This document shows positions 10,046-21,413 of a stretch of DNA of 63,142 nt, one piece after another. Within the stretch, counting starts at the first letter, position 1, and each line of letters starts with the position of its first letter. Position numbers and translations under genes: made by a program. The stretch covers positions 1-63,142 of the forward strand of contig CAZOTV010000008.1 in the NCBI GenBank assembly GCA_964582795.1, in the 5' to 3' direction. A model generated the notes under the pieces. That model saw only the letters and a list, made by a program, of their open reading frames with translations. It ran no database searches and was not told where the DNA came from. The DNA comes from an uncultured bacterium (lineage in GTDB: Bacteria > Deinococcota > Deinococci > Deinococcales > Trueperaceae).

Positions 10046-10702
10046 ATGGACCCGCGCGCCGCGTTCCTGCGAAAAGGCTTCGACCTCATCGTGCGCCGCC
10101 GCCTGAGGGGCGTCTGGATGCGTGGGGAGGTGCCGGCGGAGGGGTTCGTGTGGGCATCGAACCATCACGGCTGGTACGACGCGTTCATAGCCGCGACCCT
10201 GCTCTGGCGCAAGGGTCGTGAGGTCACCGTGGTGGTCAGCGAGGAGAACCTCGCCAGCCACGGGTACTTGCGCCGCGCCGGCGCCGTCGGCACGCGCGAA
10301 CTGCGAAGCGCGGTGCGCGCCCTCGAGCGCGGCGGCGTCGTGGTGATCTTCCCCGAAGGCGAACTCCGGCCACCGGGGCCGCTCGGACCACTGGCCGACG
10401 GCGCCGCCTGGCTGGCGCAGCGGGCGCAGGCGCCGCTGATCGCCGTCGCCACGCGCGTGGCGCTTCGCGGGCACGAGTTCCCCGAGGCGTACCTCGACCT
10501 GAGCCAGGTACATGACGGCGAACTCGAGCTCCATCTCCGCGATCGCCTCGCGGCGCTGGACGAGGCGCTGCGCAGCTCCGACCCGCGCGCACCCCTCCCC
10601 GGATTCGCACTCGCCATGGGCGGCACGCGAAGCTGGGAGGAACGGCTGAGCGCGCTGCGAGAACGCGGCCCCGGACCGACACCTACGGAAGGCGCGCGAT
10701 GA
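10046..10702 (+). CDS. PlsC-family acyltransferase (CruD-like carotenoid glycoside acyltransferase candidate)
   Basis: In-frame ATG at 10046. HX4D motif NHHGWYD and FPEGE motif. The stop overlaps the next gene's start (ATGA). Confidence 0.75.
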   Translation: MDPRAAFLRKGFDLIVRRRLRGVWMRGEVPAEGFVWASNHHGWYDAFIAATLLWRKGREVTVVVSEENLASHGYLRRAGAVGTRELRSAVRALERGGVVVIFPEGELRPPGPLGPLADGAAWLAQRAQAPLIAVATRVALRGHEFPEAYLDLSQVHDGELELHLRDRLAALDEALRSSDPRAPLPGFALAMGGTRSWEERLSALRERGPGPTPTEGAR

Positions 10703-11853
10703 CCTTGCTGTTCGGTGTGGTGACGGCGTTCCTGCTCGTGCGTCTGACGGGCATCGTCCTCAACCTGCGAGCCTTCCCGGTGCTGGGTGAAGGTGGGAGC
10801 GGCGCCAAGGTGCCGGGCGCCGCGGTGACGGACGCCGCGGTGACGGACGCCGGGGTGACGGAACGACCCGAACCACCCACGCGCGCTCACTCCGGCATCT
10901 CGATCCTGGTGCCCGCACGCAACGAAGCGGAGAACCTACGCGCGCACCTCGCGGGGATCCTGCGGCAACCCGCGCGCGAGATCTTGATCCTCGACGACGC
11001 CTCGGACGACGGCACGGCCGACGTCGTGCTCGCCATGGCCGGGCGCGACGCCCGCGTTCGCCTGCTCACGGGCGCGCCCTTGCCGGCCGGCTGGACCGGG
11101 AAGAACTGGGCGTGCCACCAACTCGCGGAAGCCGCGAACGGGGAGGTGCTGCTCTTCACCGACGCGGACGTCGCCTGGAACGACGGCGCGCTCGTGGCGT
11201 TCTCCCAGGAGATGCGGCGGCAACGAGCGGACGTGTTCTCGGTGTTCCCGCGTCAGTGCACCCGAACGCTGGGCGAGCGCGTGCTCGTGCCGCTGATCGA
11301 CGACGTGCTCCTCTCGTTCCTGCCGTTCTGGTTGCTGCAGTTGCCCGTGCCGTCGGCGGCGACGGCGAACGGTCAGGCCATCGCATTCTCGCGCCAGGCG
11401 TACGACGCGCTCGGCGGCCACGCGGCCATGAAGGACGAGATCGTCGAAGACGTGCGCCTCGCTCGCCAGGCACGTCGGGCCGGTCTTCGGCTGGGACTCG
11501 CGCTGGGTGGAGGATTCGTCACCGCGCGCATGTACCAAGGCTATGGTCAAGCGGTTCGCGGGTTCGCCAAGAGCCTCCCGGCCGCCCACGGCGGATCGCG
11601 GTGGCTGCTCGCCCTGGGCGCGGCCTGGCACCTGCTGGCGTACACCCTTCCGCTGGTGTCGGTGGCGCTCGAGCCGCGTTGGTTGGTGCCGCTGGCGCTG
11701 GCGATGTCGGGCCGCCTGCTGGTGAACGTAAAGACGGGCCGCGGGGCGTACGCGGAGGCCCTCCTCACGCCGGTTACGCCGATCCTCGCGCTGCCGGTCT
11801 ACGCGCGTTCCATGAAACGGTCGGTGGTGTGGAAAGGCAGGGCGTACGCGTGA
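10699..11853 (+). CDS. Family-2 glycosyltransferase (CruC-like carotenoid glycosyltransferase candidate)
   Basis: ILVPARNEA, DDASDDGT and FTDADV (DxD) motifs. C-terminal membrane segments ending in VVWKGRAY. Confidence 0.8.
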   Translation: MTLLFGVVTAFLLVRLTGIVLNLRAFPVLGEGGSGAKVPGAAVTDAAVTDAGVTERPEPPTRAHSGISILVPARNEAENLRAHLAGILRQPAREILILDDASDDGTADVVLAMAGRDARVRLLTGAPLPAGWTGKNWACHQLAEAANGEVLLFTDADVAWNDGALVAFSQEMRRQRADVFSVFPRQCTRTLGERVLVPLIDDVLLSFLPFWLLQLPVPSAATANGQAIAFSRQAYDALGGHAAMKDEIVEDVRLARQARRAGLRLGLALGGGFVTARMYQGYGQAVRGFAKSLPAAHGGSRWLLALGAAWHLLAYTLPLVSVALEPRWLVPLALAMSGRLLVNVKTGRGAYAEALLTPVTPILALPVYARSMKRSVVWKGRAYA

Positions 11854-13001
11854 GCGCGGAAGCAGTTCGGATTCCCTCGCCGGCAGGTCAACCCTTGGTC
11901 GGGCATCTCGGCCGCTGGGGACGCGAGCCGCTGGCGTTGCTCGGCGAAGGCGCTCGTCTTGGCCGGGTCTTCGAGCTTCGCTTGTGGCGCCGCGCGGTCG
12001 TGGGATACGGGCCCGACTGGAACCGGCTGGTGCTTGGCGACTTGGGCACGTTCCGCAGCAAGGGCAGCCTCAGCGCGCTGAGCCCGTACTTGAACGGTGG
12101 CGTGGTGATGACCGATCACCCGCACCACGCGCCCCGCCGACAAGAACTGAACCCGCACTTCCACGCCGGCAGCGTGGCCACGATGCGCGAGCGCCTCGAG
12201 GCCGTGGTCGCGCGGGAGGCGCCCACGCGCCGGTTCGACAGCCTGGAATGGGCGCTGCATGTCGTTCCCCCCATGCTCAACGAGGCGTTCTTCGCCGGGC
12301 GCTTCCCGCTGCCATTGCTCACGAAGTTCGTCGCCCCGCTCCATCGCCCGTTGCCTTGGCCGTTGCTGCCTCGCCCCACGACGTTCCGGCAGGTCGACGC
12401 CGCCATCGAGCGTGTCCTCGCCGACCCGGGCGAGGGCAGCCTTGCGCACGCCCTGACAGGCGTCGACGGTGCGGGTGAGGAACTGCGCGTCGCGTTGGCA
12501 GCGGCGTTCGACACGACGGCGCACACGCTCGCGTGGGCGCTGTGGCACTTGGCCGGCACCCCCAACGACGGCACCGCGGAGGAGATCCGCGCCGTGATTC
12601 AAGAGACGCTCCGCCTCTACCCTGCCGGATGGCTCGGAAGCCGCGTGTCCTCGCGGCCGTTCACGTTCGACGGGCACACGTTGCAGGGTCAGACGCTGGT
12701 GTTCTATAGCCCGTACCTGACACACCGCGACCCGGACCTGTGGCCCGACCCCGAACGCTTCGACCCGACGCGGTTCCAGGAGCGCAAGCCCCCTTGGGGG
12801 TACATACCGTTCAGCGCGGGCGAGCGCACCTGCTTGGGGATGCACCTCGCGAACCTGATCCTCGAGGTCGCGCTGACGCCCTTCGGCGCCGGTCGCGCCA
12901 GGGCCGACGGTGGAGACCCCACACCGCGAACGGGTCTGACCCTTTCACCGCGCGGACCGCTGTGGGTGGAGGTCGTGCCATCTCACCCACAAGACGCCTG
13001 A
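11850..13001 (+). CDS. Cytochrome P450 (CYP175-like carotenoid hydroxylase candidate)
   Basis: GTG at 11850 overlaps the GT2 stop (GTGA). Heme loop FSAGERTCLG, ExxR (ETLR) and I-helix AAAFDTTAHT. The track ORF start at 11112 overlaps the GT2 gene and is not credible. Confidence 0.85.
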   Translation: MSAEAVRIPSPAGQPLVGHLGRWGREPLALLGEGARLGRVFELRLWRRAVVGYGPDWNRLVLGDLGTFRSKGSLSALSPYLNGGVVMTDHPHHAPRRQELNPHFHAGSVATMRERLEAVVAREAPTRRFDSLEWALHVVPPMLNEAFFAGRFPLPLLTKFVAPLHRPLPWPLLPRPTTFRQVDAAIERVLADPGEGSLAHALTGVDGAGEELRVALAAAFDTTAHTLAWALWHLAGTPNDGTAEEIRAVIQETLRLYPAGWLGSRVSSRPFTFDGHTLQGQTLVFYSPYLTHRDPDLWPDPERFDPTRFQERKPPWGYIPFSAGERTCLGMHLANLILEVALTPFGAGRARADGGDPTPRTGLTLSPRGPLWVEVVPSHPQDA

Positions 13002-13084
13002 GACTCGTTCTTGGCTCGGGGTCACGACGTGGATGCTGGGCGCAGGAACCGTCTTGACGCGCCGCCCGCATCCGATTATGGTGT

Positions 13085-13114
13085 CCTATGCCACCCCAGG
13101 GGGGGTGGGATAGG
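13085..13114. promoter_or_regulatory. CsoR-type operator-like GC-rich palindrome upstream of the copper ATPase gene
   Basis: cctATGCCACCCCagggGGGGTGGGATagg, with 10-bp arms and one mismatch. It resembles the CCACCCC-N4-GGGGTGG CsoR box as I recall it from the M. tuberculosis cso operon. Confidence 0.6.
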
Positions 13115-13129
13115 CTAAGGAGTCCGGCC

Positions 13130-15262
13130 ATGGACCAACACGACCACCACCAGCGCCACGAGAACCACGGCGAGCACGTCACGCCCTGCGGACACGTCGC
13201 AGGCTCCGCGGAGCAAGGGAGCCGTCACGGCAAGCGCCACGAGCACGGCGAACGCCACAGCGAACACCACGGCGAACACCACGACAAACACGCCGGGCAC
13301 ACGCCGGAGGCGTTCCGTGACCGCTTCTGGATCACGCTCGTACTCACGCTGCCGGTGCTGTACTTCAGCGACCAGCTCCAGACGTGGGTCGGCTACGAAG
13401 CGGTGTCGTTCCCCGGCGTCGACTGGCTGAACCCACTTCTCGGAACGATCATCTTCCTCTACGGCGGGTGGGTGTTCTTGCGCGGCGCCAGGCACGAGCT
13501 GGCCGCGCGCGCGCCCGGGATGATGACGCTGATCTCGCTTGCCATCACGGTGGCGTACGCCTACAGCATGGCGGTCAGCTTCTGGCTGCCCGGCATGCCG
13601 TTCTTCTGGGAACTCGCGACGTTGGTGAGCGTCATGCTGCTCGGTCATTGGCTCGAGATGGCCAGCGTGCGTAGCGCCTCGAGCGCTCTGGAGGAACTCA
13701 CGAAACTGATGCCGAGCGTGGCGCACCGCCTGCGGGACGGCGAGGTCGAGGACGTGCCCGTCACCGACCTGTCCGAGGGAGACCGCATCCTGGTTCGCCC
13801 GGGAGAGCAGGTCCCCGCCGACGGTGAGGTGGTCGACGGCGCTAGCAGCGTGAACGAGGCGTTCCTGACCGGCGAGTCGCGGCCCGTCGGCAAGGACGTC
13901 GGCGACGAGGTCGTCGCCGCCAGCGTCAATGGCGAGGGCGCCCTGACGCTGCGCGTGACACGCACCGGCGACGCAACCACGCTCTCGCAGATCCAACGCC
14001 TGGTACGGGAAGCGCAAGAGTCGCGCAGCCGCTTCCAGTCCTTGGCCGACCGCGCCGCCGGCTGGCTGTTCTACGTCGCCCTCAGCGCGGGCGCGGTCAC
14101 CTTCGTGGCGTGGGCGCTGGCAGGCGCAGACCTGCAGCAGTCCGTGGCGCGTACCGTGACGGTGTTGGTCATCGCCTGCCCACACGCACTCGGACTCGCG
14201 ATCCCGCTCGTCACCGTGAACGCCACCGCGATGAGCGCAGCGAACGGCATCCTGGTCCGCAACCGCGAAGCGTTCGAGCGCGCGCGCGACATCGCGCGCG
14301 TGGCCTTCGACAAGACCGGCACCCTCACCGAAGGGGTGTTCGGGGTACGCGGCGTGCACGTCGAGGGCGCGGGAGGCGCCGCAGGCGACATCGACGAACG
14401 GACTGCCCTACGCATCGCCGCCGCGCTGGAGTTCCGCAGCGAGCACCCGTTGGCCGAAGCGGTGGTGGCCGAGGCCCGTGAGCGCGGCCTCGACCCCGCC
14501 GAAGCGACTTCCTTCGAGGCCGTGGCGGGGAAGGGCGTGCAGGGAGCCGTCGACGGCGCGACGTACGCTGTCGGCCGGCCCGAGTGGGCGCGGGAACGCG
14601 GTCTGGAGCTAGCCGGCGGCTTGGAGGATGCCTTGGAGGAGGCCGAAGCGCGCGGCGAGAGCGTCATCGCCCTCATGAACGAACGCATGGTGCTCGCGCT
14701 CTTCACCCTGGCGGACAAGGTGCGTCCCAGCGCACGGGCCGCCGTCGGAGCCCTTCGCGACATGGGCGTCGAGTCCGTCATGATCACCGGGGACTCGGCG
14801 GCCGTCGCTCGCACGGTGGCGGAGGAGCTCGGCATCGAGCGGTTCCACGCGCGGGTGCTGCCGCAGGAGAAAGCCGGCCTGGTACGCGAACTGAGCGAGG
14901 GCGGCCCCACCGCGTTCGTCGGGGACGGAATCAATGACGCCCCGGCGTTGGTCGAGGCCGACCTGGGGATCGCGATCGGCGCAGGCACCAACGTCGCCAT
15001 CGAGTCGGCCGACCTGGTGCTGGTCGAGGACGACCCGGAGGACGTGCTGGCGGCGCTGCGCTTGTCGCGCGCCACCTACCGCAAGATGGTGCAGAACCTG
15101 TTCTGGGCGACGGGCTACAACGCCGTGGCCATCCCGCTAGCTGCGGGCGCTCTGGCGTGGGCCGGGTTCGTCCTCTCGCCTGCCGTCGGCGCGCTCCTGA
15201 TGAGCGTCTCCACGGTCGTGGTGGCCGTCAACGCCACGCTGCTGCGAACGACACGGTTGTGA
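13130..15262 (+). CDS. copB: Heavy-metal (copper) P1B-type ATPase with a His-rich N-terminus (CopB-like)
   Basis: AAGGAG lies 7 nt upstream of the ATG at 13130. N-terminus [16 protein letters not shown]...[15 protein letters not shown]. Motifs TGES, CPH, DKTGTLT and GDGINDAP. Confidence 0.9.
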   Translation: MDQHDHHQRHENHGEHVTPCGHVAGSAEQGSRHGKRHEHGERHSEHHGEHHDKHAGHTPEAFRDRFWITLVLTLPVLYFSDQLQTWVGYEAVSFPGVDWLNPLLGTIIFLYGGWVFLRGARHELAARAPGMMTLISLAITVAYAYSMAVSFWLPGMPFFWELATLVSVMLLGHWLEMASVRSASSALEELTKLMPSVAHRLRDGEVEDVPVTDLSEGDRILVRPGEQVPADGEVVDGASSVNEAFLTGESRPVGKDVGDEVVAASVNGEGALTLRVTRTGDATTLSQIQRLVREAQESRSRFQSLADRAAGWLFYVALSAGAVTFVAWALAGADLQQSVARTVTVLVIACPHALGLAIPLVTVNATAMSAANGILVRNREAFERARDIARVAFDKTGTLTEGVFGVRGVHVEGAGGAAGDIDERTALRIAAALEFRSEHPLAEAVVAEARERGLDPAEATSFEAVAGKGVQGAVDGATYAVGRPEWARERGLELAGGLEDALEEAEARGESVIALMNERMVLALFTLADKVRPSARAAVGALRDMGVESVMITGDSAAVARTVAEELGIERFHARVLPQEKAGLVRELSEGGPTAFVGDGINDAPALVEADLGIAIGAGTNVAIESADLVLVEDDPEDVLAALRLSRATYRKMVQNLFWATGYNAVAIPLAAGALAWAGFVLSPAVGALLMSVSTVVVAVNATLLRTTRL

Positions 15263-15325
15263 CGGCGGGCCGCGTCGAAGATGCGTCGCGCGGGGCGCCA
15301 TGGCAGGCCCGTGCCTGACTCCCCC

Positions 15326-16231
15326 CTAACGCGCGTACCCGAGGCCGGCTGCCAGCACCGCGGCGATCTTGCGGCGCGAGTCGGCGACCAAGTACGGGTT
15401 CGTGTTCCGGTAGTACGGCAAGGCGATCAACGCCGTCGACAGGGCCCAACCTCGCCCTCTCGCCCATGTCGCGTCGTCCACGCCCACGGTAGCGCGGAAG
15501 CGCATCCGCGCAGCTCGGGGCAGGACGCTCCATGCCGGCATCAGGTCACATGCGGGGTCGCCGACACCGCTGGCGCCGAAGTCGATCACGCCATGGAGGC
15601 GCCCACCACGACACAGAAGGTTGCCCGACCCGAGGTCACCATGCAACCAAACCGGAGATCCCGTCCATGCCGGCGCCTCGAGGGCGGACTCCCACGCCGC
15701 CGTCACGGCGCCTCGATCGATCGACTCTCCCAGCGCTTCGATCGCCGCCCGCGTCGGCTCGTCACGTTCGGCCAGCGGAACGCCGCGGCCGGAGACGGGA
15801 CCCGAAGACGCGTCGATGGCCCGCAGGCCCGTGACGAACGCCGCGATGTCCTCCGCAAGCCCCTCGGGCTGCGGCAGAGCATCGACGTCGGGGTTCTCTC
15901 CCTCGAGCCAGCGGTAGACCGACCAGTGCCACGGGTACTCGCCCGACGGAACGCCGAGTGCGATCGGCTCGGGGATCCCGACCGGCAGGTGGGGCGCCAA
16001 CAGCCGTAACCACGTCTGCTCCTTCGCCACGTCGTCCGCCGCCCAATGGATCCGCGGCAGTCGCACGACGAGGTCGTCACCTAAGCGGTACAAGGCGTTG
16101 TCGGTTCCGCTGGACGCGACCGGCACGAGCGGGAGTTCGGCCCAACGCGGGTACTGGTTCGCGATCAACCGCCTGACGAGGTCCGCATCGATGGGCACCT
16201 CATCGTCGTGCATGCGCGGCGGCGGCGTCAT
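15326..16231 (-). CDS. Aminoglycoside/choline-kinase-type phosphotransferase (APH family)
   Basis: 301 aa. Brenner motif HGDLGSGNLL and IDFG motif. Confidence 0.8.
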   Translation of the reverse strand: MTPPPRMHDDEVPIDADLVRRLIANQYPRWAELPLVPVASSGTDNALYRLGDDLVVRLPRIHWAADDVAKEQTWLRLLAPHLPVGIPEPIALGVPSGEYPWHWSVYRWLEGENPDVDALPQPEGLAEDIAAFVTGLRAIDASSGPVSGRGVPLAERDEPTRAAIEALGESIDRGAVTAAWESALEAPAWTGSPVWLHGDLGSGNLLCRGGRLHGVIDFGASGVGDPACDLMPAWSVLPRAARMRFRATVGVDDATWARGRGWALSTALIALPYYRNTNPYLVADSRRKIAAVLAAGLGYAR

Positions 16232-16259
16232 GCGCGCGCCGACGTCACGCCTACGACCT

Positions 16260-16748
16260 TCACGCTCGCGACGCCTTGTCGTGCTCCAGGTCGTCCACCG
16301 CCCGTAACCCGCTCATCAGCGCAGGCCATGCGTCGCCCACGCACGCCACCACTTCGTCCTGCGCTCTTCGCCACGCCTCGGAGGCGGCTTCCAAGCGTGC
16401 GAGACCACGCTCCGTGACGCGCACCCGTCGCTCGCGACGGTCCTCGCCGGGTTCGCGAACCAGCAGGCCATCGCGCTCGAGCGGCGCCAGCGTGCGCGAG
16501 AGCGTGGTGCGATCCGACGCCAGGACGCTGGCGAGCTCGCTCACGGTGGCGCCCTCCGGGGTGCTCCCCAGCACGTAGACGGCGATGAGGAGCGCGAACT
16601 GCGTTCCCCTCAGCCCATGGGGCCGTAGCGCCGCGTCGTAGACGTCGCCCAGGATGCGGGTCGCCCGGCGAGCACGGAAGTACGTGCAGGTGAGACCGAT
16701 CTCGAGTGCGGCGCGGCGGTCGAGGCCGCCCCCGCTATCGGATGGCAC
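16260..16748 (-). CDS. MarR-family transcriptional regulator
   Basis: 162 aa. Winged-HTH core VSELASVLASDRTTLSRTLAPLERDGLLVREPGEDRRERRVRVT. Overlaps the upstream DinB gene by 14 nt. Confidence 0.82.
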   Translation of the reverse strand: MPSDSGGGLDRRAALEIGLTCTYFRARRATRILGDVYDAALRPHGLRGTQFALLIAVYVLGSTPEGATVSELASVLASDRTTLSRTLAPLERDGLLVREPGEDRRERRVRVTERGLARLEAASEAWRRAQDEVVACVGDAWPALMSGLRAVDDLEHDKASRA

Positions 16749-17289
16749 CGGGCTTCCCCAACAGCCTGCGCAGCAGACCGAGTTGACCGGTGTGATACGA
16801 CTGGTGGAACGAAGCGAACGCCAAGACCTCGCCGACCGTCCTGCCCATCCATCGGATCTTCTCGGGAACGGCAGCGTCGATCTGCTCTTCCGAGATGGAG
16901 ATCAGGCCCGCGTCGATGCGCTTGGACGCCTCGTCCCATGCGTCGAGCAAGCGCTCGAGCGGAAGCGCTTCGGCACCGTGCACGAGCGGGGAAGTACCGC
17001 GCCGGTAGCGCGCCAAGGCGTCGGTGTCGAGCACCCGCGGTTGCCCGAGCAAGTCGAGCACGCTCTCGGCCGAATGCACGAGATGGCCCAGCACCCAGTT
17101 GGCGTTGTTACCGAACGGTTCGGGGCCGCGCAGGCTCTCCTCGTGTGTGACGTCCTCGAGGGTACGGCGCACGGTGCGGTGGACGACACCGTAGAGCGTG
17201 CGCAAGGCGGCGACGTCGGACCGCTGCGTCGCGGTCGGCTCGGAGGCTCGCGGGTACGGGGTCGGTCGGGCACCGGTAGCTTCGGTCAT
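16735..17289 (-). CDS. DinB-family protein
   Basis: ATG at 17289 is preceded by GGAGAA. His-containing helices (WVLGHLVHSAE, FHQSYHTGQL) are typical of DinB four-helix bundles. Confidence 0.75.
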   Translation of the reverse strand: MTEATGARPTPYPRASEPTATQRSDVAALRTLYGVVHRTVRRTLEDVTHEESLRGPEPFGNNANWVLGHLVHSAESVLDLLGQPRVLDTDALARYRRGTSPLVHGAEALPLERLLDAWDEASKRIDAGLISISEEQIDAAVPEKIRWMGRTVGEVLAFASFHQSYHTGQLGLLRRLLGKPGAIR

Positions 17290-17365
17290 GGCGTTCTCCG
17301 TTTCGGCGCGCGCAAGGCGTACAGCGACCAAGGGTGGAACCGTAAGGCGGGCGCGCATGGCGTGA

Positions 17366-19746
<2,381 letters not shown>

Positions 19747-19826
19747 ACTCGCGGCGTCCACTTCTTCACGGCATGCGGCCACGCAGATGGCGGCATGCGC
19801 GAAACGCCCGCATCCGGAGGTACGCC

Positions 19827-20333
19827 ATGACGGTTCCGGCAGAACTCGCCCTCATCCTCGACGCGTTCGACCGAAACGCCCGCGTCAACCGCGCGGTGCT
19901 GGCGGCCTTCGACATGGACGTCCTGAACTATAGCGACGGAGTCGGCGGCTTCAACATCGGTCAGCACCTGGCGGACATCGTGGAGTTCCGCCGTGGCTGG
20001 CTCAGTAGGGTATCGCCGAAGCACATGGAGCGCCTCGACGACCCCACCGACGGCGCCGCTCCCACGTGGCTCAGGGCCAAGAGCATCCAAGAGCTCCAAG
20101 CCGCCTTCGACGCGGGGGACGCCGCCATGCGCAACGCGGTCGTCGCCGCCGTCCAAGAGGGACGCAGCTTCGAAGGCTACTACCAGTCCCACCCTGCCGC
20201 GCTGATCCAGCACTGCATCGTGCACGACGCTCACCACCGCGGGCAGATCATGGCGCTGCTGCGCCAGTCCGGCCGACCTGCCGAAGCGCGCGAAGCTCTC
20301 GAAGAGGCGACCTGGCCGATCTGGCGGGAGTGA
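19827..20333 (+). CDS. DinB-family protein
   Basis: GGAGG lies 6 nt upstream of the ATG at 19827. C-terminal HCIVHDAHHRGQIM is typical of DinB-like metal sites. Confidence 0.72.
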   Translation: MTVPAELALILDAFDRNARVNRAVLAAFDMDVLNYSDGVGGFNIGQHLADIVEFRRGWLSRVSPKHMERLDDPTDGAAPTWLRAKSIQELQAAFDAGDAAMRNAVVAAVQEGRSFEGYYQSHPAALIQHCIVHDAHHRGQIMALLRQSGRPAEAREALEEATWPIWRE

Positions 20334-20334
20334 G

Positions 20335-20541
20335 GTGATGGCGGAACCTGCCGAGTCGGGTCACCCGCTGCCGAAGCTGGCTGCACCCGCGCGCCGCGCT
20401 CTGGCAGATGCTGGGATCACGTCGCTGGAAGACCTGTCGGCCTACCTAGAAGCCGACATCGCCGCACTTCACGGGATGGGTCCGAACGCGTTGGCGACGC
20501 TGCGAGAGGCGCTCGCCGGCGCGGGACTGCAGTTCGCGTAA
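20335..20541 (+). CDS. Small helix-hairpin-helix-like protein (function unknown)
   Basis: 68-aa ORF immediately after the DinB stop. Contains AGITSLEDL...LHGMGPNALATL, an HhH-like GhG pattern. Confidence 0.5.
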   Translation: MMAEPAESGHPLPKLAAPARRALADAGITSLEDLSAYLEADIAALHGMGPNALATLREALAGAGLQFA

Positions 20542-20594
20542 CGCGCGGGACGGTGGTCCGCCTGGCCTGGTGACCGTGGGTGGCAGCTTGGAGC

Positions 20595-20624
20595 TTGACA
20601 TGTGACCGTTTGGTCACCTATTGT
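20595..20624 (+). promoter_or_regulatory. Promoter TTGACA-18-TATTGT enclosing the inverted repeat GTGACC-gttt-GGTCAC (candidate ArsR operator)
   Basis: The -35 is at 20595-20600, the inverted repeat at 20602-20617 and the -10 at 20619-20624. The preferred GTG start at 20631 lies 7 nt after the -10, so the mRNA looks leaderless. Confidence 0.55.
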
Positions 20625-20630
20625 GCGCCC

Positions 20631-21398
20631 GTGGACGCGGTGTTCAAAGCCCTCGCCGACCCAACTCGCAGGAGCCTGGTCGACGCGCTGTTCGAGCGCG
20701 ACGGGCAGACGCTCACGGAGCTCGAAGCGCGCACCAGCCTCACGCGCTTCGGCGTGATGAAGCACCTGAAGGTCCTGGAGCAGGCGGGGCTGGTGCTCAC
20801 AAGGAAACGAGGCCGCGAGAAGCTGCACTTCCTCAACGCCGTGCCCATCCGGTCGATCCACGACCGCTGGATCGACAAGTACACCGAGCGCTGGGCGGCC
20901 CTGCTCACCGGGCTCAAGCGCGACCTGGAGGAGCGACCGATGAAGAAGGTGTTCGAGATCTACATCAAGACCACGCCGGAGCGCCTCTGGCAGGCCATCA
21001 CCGACCCGGACCTGCGCGCCAAGTACAGCTTCGGGGTGGCAACGGAGAGCGACTGGAGCGTGGGATCGGCCTATCGAAGCCGGCCGCGTCAGGCGCCGGA
21101 CGTCCTCATCACGGAAGGCGAGAACCTCGAGGTCGACCCGCCACTGCGCCTGGTGCAGAGCTTCCGCGCCATGTGGAGTGACGACGTGGAGGCAGCGGGC
21201 ACCTCGCGCGTCACCTGGGACATCGAGCCGGTAGGCGACTCGTGCCGCCTCACGCTGACCCACGACGAGCTGCCGGAGAACGCCAACGAGGAACTCTACG
21301 GCGGCTGGCCGATGGTGCTCTCGGGCCTGAAGACCCTGCTCGAGACGGGCGAGTTCCTCACGACGCCGGCGTCGCTCAAGTACGCCTGGAAGGGTTGA
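20631..21398 (+). CDS. ArsR-family wHTH regulator fused in frame to an SRPBCC/Aha1-like domain
   Basis: VDAVFKALADPTRRSLVDAL...LTRFGVMKHLKVLEQAGLV (ArsR HTH), then MKKVFEIYIKTTPERLWQAITDP (SRPBCC) with no intervening stop. Confidence 0.8.
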   Translation: MDAVFKALADPTRRSLVDALFERDGQTLTELEARTSLTRFGVMKHLKVLEQAGLVLTRKRGREKLHFLNAVPIRSIHDRWIDKYTERWAALLTGLKRDLEERPMKKVFEIYIKTTPERLWQAITDPDLRAKYSFGVATESDWSVGSAYRSRPRQAPDVLITEGENLEVDPPLRLVQSFRAMWSDDVEAAGTSRVTWDIEPVGDSCRLTLTHDELPENANEELYGGWPMVLSGLKTLLETGEFLTTPASLKYAWKG

Positions 21399-21413
21399 CG
21401 CGGCGCACTCTCG

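Noticed and set aside
13088-13129. ATG at 13088 as the CopB start (as in the ORF track).
   Set aside because: It lies inside the CsoR-like palindrome and has no SD. The ATG at 13130 has AAGGAG at 7-nt spacing and begins the His-rich tail.
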